From NCBI GenBank assembly GCA_902796855.1, contig CADBQN010000049.1, forward strand, positions 305-64,304: a stretch of 64,000 bases of DNA, given 5' to 3'. This DNA comes from an uncultured Bacillota bacterium. Lineage in GTDB: Bacteria; Bacillota; Dehalobacteriia; UBA7702. Positions within the stretch are counted from its first letter, which is position 1. Each line of letters begins with the position of its first letter. Of this stretch, positions 50,696-60,500 are shown one piece after another. The position numbers and the translations under genes are program-made. The notes under the pieces are model-generated. The model was not told the origin of the DNA. It saw only the letters and a list, made by a program, of their open reading frames with translations, and ran no database searches.

Positions 50696-52900
50696 TCAAT
50701 CTTCTTTGATCATGTCGGCGATGGTGATATGATCGTCATCGTCGGGGGTATAGGAAGGAACTTCCGCTTTCGGTTCGCGTTTTTTCGCGGGGGCTTCGGT
50801 CTGTTCGGGACGATCCATCGTTTCCTTAATGGAAAGGCTGATCTTTTTGCTGTCCAGGTCAAAGCCGAGGATCTTCACGTTGACGATGTCGCCGGGGGTC
50901 ACGGCGTCTTCGGTCTTGGCGACTCTGCCCCAAGCCAGCTGGGAGATGTGAACAAGGCCTTCCACGCCGGGTTCGAGCTGAACGAAAGCGCCGAACGTGG
51001 CGGTGCGGACGACTTTGGCTTCAACGATGGCGTCAACGGGATATTTTTCCGGAACGAGGCTCCAGGGATCGGGAATCAGCTGTTTCAGGCCGAGGGAGAT
51101 CTTCTGGTTTTCCTTGTCGACATTGAGCACATAGACATCGATTTCGTCGCCGATGTTGAGGATTTCGGAGGGATGGTTCACGCGATACCAGGCCATCTGG
51201 GAAACGTGAAGCAGACCGTCGACGCCGTCGAGATCGATGAACGCGCCAAAGTTGGTGATTCTCTGAACGGTACCGCGTCTCACCTGGTCTTTTTCGATTT
51301 CATCCCAAACTTTCGCCGCTTTAGCGGCTTTTTCTTCTTCCAGGAAGGCTTTTCTGGAGAGGATCAGTTTGTTGTGGCCCTTATCGCATTCCAGCACTTT
51401 GAAGTTGATGGTCTGGTCTTTGTATTTGTCGAGCTGGCTGACGAAGCCCATTTCCACGAGGGAAGCGGGGACAAAGCCTTTGAGGCCGACATCCACAAGG
51501 AGGCCGCCTTTGACGACGTCAAGGACTTTCCCTTCGAGAACGTCGCCGTCTTCCATGGCCTGCGCCAGTTTTTCCCAGGCGATGTCGACATCCACTCTCT
51601 TTTTGGAGAGGAGGGGATGACCGTCTTCGTTTTCTCTCTTGATGACGATCACTTCAACGGGATCGCCTTCTTTGAACAGTTCGGTGATGTTTTCCGCTTC
51701 GGCGGGGGTCAGTTCGGATTTGGGGATGATCCCTTCGCTCTTGGCGCCGATGTCGACCATCAGTTCGCTGTCGGAAACTTTGATGATGGTGCCGGACAGT
51801 CTTTCGCCGCGGCGGACGATGGCGATGTCCTTGCTGTAAGCGGCGTAAGTGGCGGCCATGGTTTCTTCTTCGGGTTCTTCCTGAGCTTCTTCCGCTTCGG
51901 TGGGTTCTTCAGCGGGTTCTTCAGCCGCTTCTTCCGTTTCGGCGGGCGCTTCGGCCGCTTCTTCGGTTTCGGCTTCGACTATTTCTTCGGCTGCCGTTTC
52001 CACAGCCGCTTCCTCCTTTACTTCGCTTTCGGCGGTTTCGACTTCATTCAGAATCTTCTCTTCCATTACTACAGTGTCCTCCTTCATTTTTTCAAGCACC
52101 TCCTCGATAATCCAATCGGGAGTCGATGCGCCGGCGGTTACGCCTATTTTTTCCGCATCTTTAAAAAATATATTATCAATATCAAAAACAGATTCAATCA
52201 CAGCGGTCCTCGCGCCGTTGGCGGCGGCAATCTGTGCCAGCTTCCCGGTGTTGGCGCTGTTTTTTCCGCCGACGACGAGAACGATATCGACGGTTTTGGC
52301 GATGGCGGCGGCTTCTTCCTGCCGTTCCACCGTCGCTTTGCAGATCGTGTGGTTCACCACGACCTTCTCCGCTTGGGAGCGGATGTACGCGACGACTTCC
52401 TCAAAGGCTTCCAGGGAATACGTCGTCTGGGAGAGCACGGCGACGGTGCCGTGATACGTATGCCGCTTCGCGTCGGCCAAGTCGCCGACGACGACGGTCT
52501 TTTCGCCGGAAAAGCCTCTCAGCCCGATGACCTCGGGATGATCCCGGTCGCCGACGATGACGACAAGATCGGCTTCCTCCCTGGCCTCAGCGGCGATGCG
52601 CTGCGCCTTTTTCACAAAGGGGCAGGTCGCGTCGATGATGCGGTACTCCTTCGCTTTCAGCGCTTCCATCACGTCGGGGGGAACGCCGTGGGAGCGGATG
52701 ATGACCGTATCCCCGGTCAGATCCTCCATCCGTTCGGCCCAGCGGACGCCGAGACCGCTCAGGCGGTCGACCTCGCGCTGATTGTGGATCAGCGGCCCCA
52801 GGGAGCAGACCTCGCCGGCGGCGGACGCTTCCAGCGCCATGCGGATGGCGCGCTTTACGCCGAAACAAAACCCGGCGGTTTTCGCCATCGTGATATCCAT
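50696..52900 (-). CDS. ispH: Bifunctional 4-hydroxy-3-methylbut-2-enyl diphosphate reductase / 30S ribosomal protein S1 fusion
   Basis: N-terminal IspH/LytB (MDITMAKTAGFCFGVKRAI...GPLIHNQ...), an E/A-rich acidic linker, then four S1 OB-fold repeats (e.g. GTVQRITNFGAFIDL, AKVVRTATFGAFVQL). Confidence 0.9.
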   Translation of the reverse strand: MDITMAKTAGFCFGVKRAIRMALEASAAGEVCSLGPLIHNQREVDRLSGLGVRWAERMEDLTGDTVIIRSHGVPPDVMEALKAKEYRIIDATCPFVKKAQRIAAEAREEADLVVIVGDRDHPEVIGLRGFSGEKTVVVGDLADAKRHTYHGTVAVLSQTTYSLEAFEEVVAYIRSQAEKVVVNHTICKATVERQEEAAAIAKTVDIVLVVGGKNSANTGKLAQIAAANGARTAVIESVFDIDNIFFKDAEKIGVTAGASTPDWIIEEVLEKMKEDTVVMEEKILNEVETAESEVKEEAAVETAAEEIVEAETEEAAEAPAETEEAAEEPAEEPTEAEEAQEEPEEETMAATYAAYSKDIAIVRRGERLSGTIIKVSDSELMVDIGAKSEGIIPKSELTPAEAENITELFKEGDPVEVIVIKRENEDGHPLLSKKRVDVDIAWEKLAQAMEDGDVLEGKVLDVVKGGLLVDVGLKGFVPASLVEMGFVSQLDKYKDQTINFKVLECDKGHNKLILSRKAFLEEEKAAKAAKVWDEIEKDQVRRGTVQRITNFGAFIDLDGVDGLLHVSQMAWYRVNHPSEILNIGDEIDVYVLNVDKENQKISLGLKQLIPDPWSLVPEKYPVDAIVEAKVVRTATFGAFVQLEPGVEGLVHISQLAWGRVAKTEDAVTPGDIVNVKILGFDLDSKKISLSIKETMDRPEQTEAPAKKREPKAEVPSYTPDDDDHITIADMIKED

Positions 52901-53002
52901 ACGCGCTCACCTATAAAAAATTCGAATCATTGAACAGAAATCCTTCTCAAAAAAGCGAGGTTTTTTCCCAAAAATTCCGACAAAATACGACTTCAGGGAG
53001 GT

Positions 53003-53590
53003 TCACATCTCTTCCAGCAGGAGCCTTACGGAATCTTCCTGTTTTTGGGTCATTCGTTCCAGCGTCTGGCGGCGCTTCTCCCCATCCAGGGATTCATAGG
53101 GAAAGGGCACGCCGACACGAACGCGGACCCGGGCGGCAAAGGGATTCAGCAGCCGGTGGCTGCCTTCCACGGCCATGGGGACGATGACGCACTCGGACTG
53201 GGAGGCGATGAAGCTGACGCCGCTTTTAAAGGGCAAAAGCTTTCCGTCGGCGGAGCGGGTCCCCTCGGGGAAAACCCCTAAAATACCGCCGTCATCCAGA
53301 ACGTCAATGGATTGGCGCAGCGCGGCGCGGTCCATGTTGTCCCGGTCGATGGGGATGCATTTTAATTTTGTCAAAAACCAGCTGGGGATTTTTTTCGCGA
53401 ACAATTCTTTTTTGGCGAGGAAAGCGACGGGCCGCTTCACCGCCAGACCGACGGCGATGGGATCGAACGCGTGACGATGATTGGCAATGAGCACCAGCGC
53501 TCCGTCTTCGGGCAGGAGCTCCCTGCCTTCAAAACGTATTCTCGGTCTCAGCAAAAAACGCGCGATCCCGCATACCACCTTATAAAACAT
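53003..53590 (-). CDS. plsC: 1-acyl-sn-glycerol-3-phosphate acyltransferase
   Basis: HX4D motif ANHRHAFDP and FPEGTRS. ATG 53590 preferred. The track gives a TTG start at 53617. Confidence 0.85.
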   Translation of the reverse strand: MFYKVVCGIARFLLRPRIRFEGRELLPEDGALVLIANHRHAFDPIAVGLAVKRPVAFLAKKELFAKKIPSWFLTKLKCIPIDRDNMDRAALRQSIDVLDDGGILGVFPEGTRSADGKLLPFKSGVSFIASQSECVIVPMAVEGSHRLLNPFAARVRVRVGVPFPYESLDGEKRRQTLERMTQKQEDSVRLLLEEM

Positions 53591-54266
53591 CGGCTGTTTT
53601 TTCCTTCCATAGGGCAATGATGGCCCGGCATACCTCAGGGATCGTCATCGACGTCGAATCGAGGAGAACGGCGTCGTCCGCCCGGCGGAGCGGGTTCAGC
53701 TCCCGGGTGGAATCGAGCTCGTCGCGGCGGATCACGTCGGCAATGACGTCTTCTTCCGTCATGTCGAGGCCGATCCCCTTTTCCCGCCATTCCAGAAAGC
53801 GGCGGTGTCCCCGCTCCCGAGCGTCGGCGGTGAGGAAGACCTTCAGCAGCGCCTCCGGCAGGACATACGTGCCGATATCGCGGCCGTCCATCACGACACC
53901 GCCGTCCTCGGCGTAGCCTCTCTGTAATAATACCATAGCCTCACGCACGCCGCGGTAACGGCATACCGCCGAAACGTTGGCCGTCACTTCGGTGCCGCGG
54001 ATGGCCTCGCTGATATTTTCGCCATCCATAAAGATAAGGGGCAGACCGTTTTCGGCAATCAGGCGGATATCAGCGGATTCCGCCGCGGCCGTAACGGCTG
54101 CCTCGTCCTCAACATCTACGTTCGCGCGCAGGGCTTTCAGCGTACACGCGCGATACATCGCACCGGTATCAATGTAGCGAAAGTTCAGTTCGTCGGCGAC
54201 GAGCCGGGCGATGGTGCTTTTCCCCGCACCGGAAGGGCCGTCGATCGCGATGGCCTTTTGCAACAC
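53580..54266 (-). CDS. cmk: Cytidylate kinase
   Basis: IAIDGPSGAGKSTIARLVADELNFRYIDTGAMYRA. 228 aa. Confidence 0.95.
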   Translation of the reverse strand: MLQKAIAIDGPSGAGKSTIARLVADELNFRYIDTGAMYRACTLKALRANVDVEDEAAVTAAAESADIRLIAENGLPLIFMDGENISEAIRGTEVTANVSAVCRYRGVREAMVLLQRGYAEDGGVVMDGRDIGTYVLPEALLKVFLTADARERGHRRFLEWREKGIGLDMTEEDVIADVIRRDELDSTRELNPLRRADDAVLLDSTSMTIPEVCRAIIALWKEKTADVL

Positions 54267-54381
54267 ATAACACCAGCTTTCCCAATTTAAGGTCTTTATA
54301 TAGTAATATTATAACCGATTTCCATAGTATTGTCCAACAAAAAATTGTTTTTTTGTTGATTTTATTGACCTGTTTATCTAA

Positions 54382-54825
54382 TCACTGAAAGGCCACCGTT
54401 CCCCATTTGGTGTAGCCCGCGCCGGTCCGTATCTCTTGGGGGAGGCGCTCTCTGTCGACGCCTTCGGGATACTCCGCGACGACGAGGACATCACCGCCGC
54501 GGCTCTCCAAAGAGAGGGTGTCGCCGTCGGCGACGCGGATCGTCAAAATCCCCCGTTCAAAACTGCCGACGGATTTGCCGTTGCGGAGCAAGACCGCGTC
54601 GGAACCGACGCCGTCCCCCGTCTCCAGCGTCAGATAAGCGCTGAGGCCGTTCAGGGCGGCGTCGGCGCCGGCGACACGGCTTTGCAGATCGGTAAAGACG
54701 GCGCCGATGCGCTCCGCCCGGAGTTCCTCCGCCGCGCCGTCGTGAAAAGCGAAATACCCCTGCACGGTGACGAGAAGGGAAAACATAACGGCGCAGACGG
54801 TCAGAAAATAAGCTCTTTTCATCAT
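54382..54825 (-). CDS. Hypothetical membrane-anchored protein
   Basis: MMKRAYFLTVCAVMFSLLVTVQGYFAF signal-anchor. AAGGAG RBS 9 nt before ATG 54825. No recognisable domain. Confidence 0.5.
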   Translation of the reverse strand: MMKRAYFLTVCAVMFSLLVTVQGYFAFHDGAAEELRAERIGAVFTDLQSRVAGADAALNGLSAYLTLETGDGVGSDAVLLRNGKSVGSFERGILTIRVADGDTLSLESRGGDVLVVAEYPEGVDRERLPQEIRTGAGYTKWGTVAFQ

Positions 54826-55112
54826 GGTATGCCGCTCCTTTCCGGATATGACTGCCCTTAGTATGCCTTTTCCGCCGCGTTCTATGCCGCCGCGAATTAT
54901 ACATTTATGCGTCAAAAAACGCATATTTTTTGACCGACGGCGGCGGCCGCGGCGGTTCCCGCCGAAAAAACGGCGACACCCCTAAAAAAACAGCGGTTTT
55001 ATATGGATTTTCTTGACAAAAAAGGAAAAAGCTATTGCAATCGGAGGCGGGCTGTGTTATATTTATGCAAGCAAACAAAACCATTATCTGCAATTTACGG
55101 AGGAAGAAAAAA

Positions 55113-55892
55113 ATGAAAAAATTATTGTGCGTCGCAATGATGCTGGCTCTGGCACTGACCTTCGCCGCCTGCGGCAGCTCCGCCGCCGACGATGAAGCCG
55201 CCGCCGGCACCGATACCCTGGTCATGGCCACCAACGCCGAATTCCCGCCCTACGAATACCACGAAGGCGGCGAAATCGTCGGCATCGACGCCGAAATCGG
55301 CGCCGCCATCGCCGAAAAACTCGGCATGGAATTCCAGATCGAAGACATGGAATTTGACAGCATCATCGCCGCCGTCCAGAGCGGCAAAGCCAGCATGGGC
55401 ATGGCCGGCATGACCGTTACCGAAGAACGGAAACAGACCGTCAACTTCACCGATACCTACGCCCAGGGCGTTCAGGTCGTCATCGTCCCCGAAAATTCCG
55501 AAATCGCCTCTCCCGATGATCTGATGTCCGAAGGCCACGACTGGAAGGTCGGCGTTCAGGAAAGCACCACCGGCGATATCTACGCCACCGGTGACATCGA
55601 AGACGCGGGCTACGGCACCATCGAACGGTACAACAAAGGCGCCGACGCCGTCAACGCCCTCCTCTCCGGGAAAATCGACTGCGTCATCATCGACAACGAA
55701 CCGGCGAAAGCCTATGTCACCGCCAACGAAGGCCTTACAATTCTCGACACCGAATACGCCGTTGAAGACTACGCCATCTGCGTCGCAAAAGACAACACCG
55801 AACTGCTCGACCAGATCAACGGCGCGCTGAACGAACTCATCGCCGACGGCACCGTTCAGAGCATCGTCGACAAATACATCTCCGCGGAATAA
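55113..55892 (+). CDS. Amino-acid ABC transporter substrate-binding lipoprotein
   Basis: Lipobox MKKLLCVAMMLALALTFAAC. Family-3 SBP motifs (LVMATNAEFPPYEY, GKASMGMAGMTVTEERK). Confidence 0.85.
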   Translation: MKKLLCVAMMLALALTFAACGSSAADDEAAAGTDTLVMATNAEFPPYEYHEGGEIVGIDAEIGAAIAEKLGMEFQIEDMEFDSIIAAVQSGKASMGMAGMTVTEERKQTVNFTDTYAQGVQVVIVPENSEIASPDDLMSEGHDWKVGVQESTTGDIYATGDIEDAGYGTIERYNKGADAVNALLSGKIDCVIIDNEPAKAYVTANEGLTILDTEYAVEDYAICVAKDNTELLDQINGALNELIADGTVQSIVDKYISAE

Positions 55893-55924
55893 GTTTCGCC
55901 GGACAAAACAGATAAGATCAACAT

Positions 55925-56014
55925 GAGGGGCGGAAGAATCCGCCCCTCACCGCATGTAATCAACCGGGAACGGTTCGGCGAAGACAAGGGGACGCCCCCT
56001 GCCGAACGGTTCCC
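55925..56014 (+). promoter_or_regulatory. Two GC-rich hairpins between the SBP and permease genes (intra-operon attenuator or mRNA-stabilising element)
   Basis: GAGGGGCGG-AAGAAT-CCGCCCCTC (55925-55948) and GGGAACGGTTCGGC...GCCGAACGGTTCCC (55966-56014, 13 of 14 bp). No strong U-tract. Confidence 0.5.
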
Positions 56015-56030
56015 CCGGGAGGGATGACAC

Positions 56031-56759
56031 TTGAAAGAATGGCTGGCGGGGCAAAAAGCCCTGTTTGTTCTCAATTTCATCAACGATGACCGCTGGCGCT
56101 ACCTCACCGACGGTCTCGTGCTCACTTTGGAGATCACCTTTTTCGCGCTGATCCTCGGCCTGACCATCGGGATCATCATCGCCATCATCCGCGCCACCCA
56201 CGACAACGCCTACGAAACGATGTCGCCGGGGCCGGGCAAGGTGATTTTAAAGCTCCTCAACATCGTCAGCAAAGTCTATCTGACCGTGATCCGCGGCACG
56301 CCCGTCGTGGTCCAGCTGCTGATCATGTATTACATCATCTTCGCGACGTCCAACAACAAGATCATCGTCGCCGTGCTCGCCTTCGGGATCAATTCCGGGG
56401 CCTACGTCGCCGAGATCGTCCGCAGCGGGATCATGTCCATCGACAAAGGACAGATGGAAGCCGGGCGCAGCCTGGGCTTTAACTACGTTCAGACGATGAC
56501 GGGCATCATCATTCCTCAGGCCTTTAAAAACGTTCTGCCGGCGCTGGCCAACGAATTCATCACGCTGCTGAAGGAAACCTCCGTTTCCGGTTACATCGCC
56601 CTGCAGGATCTGACCAAAGGGGCCTACATCATCATCGGCCGGACGTATTCCGCCTTTATGCCGCTGATCGCCATCGCGCTGATCTACCTGATCCTCGTCA
56701 TGTTCTTCACCTGGCTCGTCGGCCGCTTGGAAAGGAGGCTGAGAAGCAGTGACCACTGA
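56031..56759 (+). CDS. Amino-acid ABC transporter permease (His/Glu/Gln/Arg/opine family)
   Basis: 242 aa, 5-6 TM, EAA-loop region [26 protein letters not shown] start. Confidence 0.85.
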   Translation: MKEWLAGQKALFVLNFINDDRWRYLTDGLVLTLEITFFALILGLTIGIIIAIIRATHDNAYETMSPGPGKVILKLLNIVSKVYLTVIRGTPVVVQLLIMYYIIFATSNNKIIVAVLAFGINSGAYVAEIVRSGIMSIDKGQMEAGRSLGFNYVQTMTGIIIPQAFKNVLPALANEFITLLKETSVSGYIALQDLTKGAYIIIGRTYSAFMPLIAIALIYLILVMFFTWLVGRLERRLRSSDH

Positions 56760-57498
56760 AAACAACGTGCTCATCGAAGTCAAAGACCTGGAAAAGCACT
56801 TTAAAAAAAGCACCGTCAAAGCCCTCAACGGCGTTGACGTCAAAATCAACAAAGGCGATGTCGTCGTCGTGATCGGCCCCTCGGGCTCGGGGAAATCCAC
56901 GTTCCTCCGCTGTCTGAACCTGCTGGAAGTCCCCACCGGCGGACACATCTGGTTCGAGGGCCAGGAGATCACCGACAAGAAAAACAACATCAACAAAATG
57001 CGCCAGAAAATGGGGATGGTCTTCCAGAGCTTTAACCTCTTCCCCCACAAAAGCGTCAGGGAAAACATCACCATGGCCCCGGTGAAGCTGGGGATCATGA
57101 AGAAGGAAGAAGCCAACAGGAGAGCCGAAGAGCTCCTTCAGCGGGTCGGGCTGCCCGATAAGATCGACGCCTACCCCAACAATCTCTCCGGCGGACAGAA
57201 ACAGCGCATCGCCATCGTCCGGGCGCTGGCCATGAATCCCGACGTCATGCTCTTTGACGAGCCCACCAGCGCGCTGGACCCGGAAATGATCGGCGAAGTC
57301 CTCGACGTCATGAAGGAATTGGCCCGGGACGGCATGACGATGGTCGTCGTCACCCACGAAATGGGTTTTGCCAAGGAAGTCGCCACCAGGGTGATCTTTA
57401 TGGAAGACGGCAGGATCCTCGCCGAGAACACACCGCGGGAATTCTTTGAGAACCCCGAAAACGAGCGTCTGCGCTCCTTCCTCTCCAAAGTGCTTTAA
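56749..57498 (+). CDS. Amino-acid ABC transporter ATP-binding protein
   Basis: [35 protein letters not shown]. 249 aa. GTG start overlapping the permease stop. Confidence 0.9.
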   Translation: MTTENNVLIEVKDLEKHFKKSTVKALNGVDVKINKGDVVVVIGPSGSGKSTFLRCLNLLEVPTGGHIWFEGQEITDKKNNINKMRQKMGMVFQSFNLFPHKSVRENITMAPVKLGIMKKEEANRRAEELLQRVGLPDKIDAYPNNLSGGQKQRIAIVRALAMNPDVMLFDEPTSALDPEMIGEVLDVMKELARDGMTMVVVTHEMGFAKEVATRVIFMEDGRILAENTPREFFENPENERLRSFLSKVL

Positions 57499-57520
57499 AA
57501 CGAATACAGCGTCATAAAAA

Positions 57521-57550
57521 ATCCCGGAACCGGTTTTACGGTTCCGGGAT
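57521..57550. terminator. Bidirectional intrinsic terminator between convergent genes
   Basis: ATCCCGGAACC-GGTTTTAC-GGTTCCGGGAT, 11-bp stem flanked by AAAAA and TTTT. Confidence 0.7.
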
Positions 57551-57567
57551 TTTCGCGCCGCGGCGCT

Positions 57568-60500
57568 TTATTTCGCCAAATCGCGATAGAGGAATGTGAC
57601 GATCTGACCGCGGGTGCAGGTGGCGTCGGGGCTGAACATCGTGGCGGAAGTGCCGTTGGTGATGTTGTTCGCCACGGCCCAGAGCACCGCGTCATAGTAA
57701 TACGTCCCGCTCTTCACGTCGGTGAAGGGATTCTTGCCGCCGGCTTTGGGGGTGCCTTCCGTTCTGTGGAGGAAGGTGGCCACCTGACCGCGGGTGCAGC
57801 CCTGGTCCGGACCGAACGTCGTTTTGCTCGTGCCCTGGGTAATGCCGTTTTCCACGGCCCAGAGCACCGCTTTATAGTAATAGGCGCCGCTCTTCACGTC
57901 GGTGAAGGGATTCTTCGCCGAAGCCGGTTCCGGGCAGCCCTTCGCCCGCCAGAGGAACGTCACGACCTGACCGCGGGTGCAGGTGGCGACGGGGCTGAAA
58001 TGATTCCTGTCGGTGCCGTTGGTGATCTGAGGATCGTGGTTCACCGCCCAGTAGACCGGCGTGTAATAGAACGCTTTTTCATCGGTGACATCGTCAAAGC
58101 GGAACGAGGTGCCGCCGGTCACCGTCACGTGGATGTTGAGCCGTTCGCTGTACTCCATCCCCTCTTTATAGGCGGAGACGCGAAAATACGCGTCCTCTGT
58201 CAGCGTTACCGGTTCCGTATAGGTCTTTCTCGCCGCCGTGTTCTGGCAGGGGCAGGTATCGTCCAGGGTGTAGAAGATCGTCGCCCCTTCCGTGGCGCAG
58301 GCCAGGCTGAGCTTGGTGCCGGCGGGGACGGTCACGTAATTGTCCTTGGGCGCGCCTGCGGAGAGGGCGGTCTCGCCGATGACCGCCGTGGGACGGGCCA
58401 CTTGGTTGCTGTTGACGCTGATCAGCAGCGGCAGCGTCGTTTCAAGGCTCGTGCCTTCCACGGCGAGGGTCAGCTCGGTCATGCCGGGAAGAAGGCCGTT
58501 CACGGAGAAGGCCGCGGTGCCGCTTTGATCCGTTTTCGCGTTGACGGCGGTGACCTCGGCAAGAAGGTCGCTGTATCCCGCTGCCGTCACGTTCAGTCCG
58601 GCAATGGGCTTGTTTTCCGTATCCAGCACCCTGACGGTGACCCGGGGAACGGGGGCTTCCCCGACGAGCACTGCGATTTGACCGTTGTAGTTCATTTCCA
58701 GCTTGGCGGGACGGACCTTGACGGTGAGTTTGCCGCTGTCGTAATTGCCCAGCGCCCTGCCGGCGTAGTTCTTCAACCCTTTCAGCGTGAAGGAGACGGT
58801 ATCCCCCACCTTCGGCGCGGTCTTCGGCGTCAGCCGCAGGATCTTGGCGTAAGCGGTCCTGCTCCCCTCGCTGACGGGCTCCGGATCCACCCATTTGCAG
58901 GTATAGCCGGAAACCGTCGGCACGGCCGTGTCCATATACTGGCTGAACAGGATTTCCACGTAATCGGGATAGGCGTTGACGGCGGTGACCTTCGGCGCGG
59001 CCTTCGACACCATGGCGGTTTTGAGCCCCATCCGCGGCGGCGGCACCGTCAGCGTATCGGTGGCGGCATTGTCATAGCCGTCCTTTTTAAAGTTCACCTT
59101 CCATTGACCCGTCGGCACATCCCAGGCGTAGGCGCCGTCTGCGGCGGTCGTTTGCGGGTTGACCTGATCGTAAGCGGCGGCGTCCCAGTTCTTTTTATTG
59201 CCCACATCGTAGATGGTGGCGGTGACCCCCGCCAGGAGGTTGCTTTCCACGGCCTCGTAAACGGTGCCGGAGGGATCGAGCTGGACGTTGAGATAAACGC
59301 CGTGATTGGAGCGGCCGTTGGTCTTGCGGCATTTACGCATGCGGTCAAGGGAGGCCCTGAGGTACCTCGCCGAGGCATCGTCGACATAACCGGCGTTGTT
59401 GATCATGGCGATATCGATGGCCAAATTCACGTCGAAAGCGGCTCCGGCGACAAGTTTATCATATGGCCCGGCAAGCTTGCCGCCGTAGGTGAAGACACCG
59501 TCGATGCCGTATTTGATCTTGGAGGAACGGCGCAGATAGCTCATCTGGGTGAGGAGCGCGTCGGCGCAGTAGCGTTCCCACTGCAGCGCTTTCACGCAGT
59601 CGTTGGAGACGTGATTTTTCGCGGCTTCCTGAATCTGTTCGTCGATGAGTTCAACATCCTTTTTCAGCTCGTCGATGGCTTTGTCCATATCGGCTTTTTT
59701 GCCGCTCTGCTGCCAGACCTGATAGGCCTTAAAGCCCTCCCGGGCGGCGGGGATCGCCTGGACCCCGGTCTTTTTCAGTTTAGCGACGGCGGCCTTCGCC
59801 TGCTTTTCCGCGGCGGGGCGGTCGGCGGCGTTGGGAAAGGCCTTGTTGACGGCGGCGCTGATATCGGCGTCGGAAACGCCGTCGATGCCGGGAAGGACAT
59901 TGTCGGCGTTGTTGATGGCCTGTTCAATGGCGTGTTCCTTCGCCGGGGGAATATCAAAGGGTTCGTAGTCGAGATCGACCAGCTCGCCGTCGCTGTTCCG
60001 ATAAATGATACCGGTCTGATCGCCGCTGCCGTCGGTCTTCGGTTTAAAGGCCGTCTTGCCGTCATCGCTGACGGTGTAGCCATCCTTTTTCAGCTGCTCG
60101 GCGTTGAAGTTCTGACCCGTCTTGCAGTCGACGCCGTTGTCGCTGAGATACTGCTGCCAGCCGTCGTATTCGTCGATGCCCTTCACGGCGTTGAGAGAGG
60201 CGGCTTTAAACAGATCCTGCAGGGCGTTTTCCAGATTGACGATGGCCTGCTGATCCTCGGCGGGGAGATAGCGGTACCAGATATACTCCGTGCGGACGCT
60301 GATGATATAGTTCCGCCCGAAGATATAGGGCATGATATCCTCATCGTCTTTGCTGACAATCTGCTGTCTCTTTTTCGCGCTGTCATCGGCTTTCGCGATG
60401 AGGTAATCAATGTGCTCTTTCCCCCAGGGGATGGCCTTCGGCGCGAAGCTGTAATCCACGTCGTAGCCGACGGGGACGAGAGCGGGGTCAAAGATATGGT

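Noticed and set aside
50729-52933. 734-aa forward-strand ORF
   Set aside because: It is the exact antisense shadow of the ispH::rpsA gene. The Phe/Gly-rich repeats mirror the Glu/Ala linker on the true strand.
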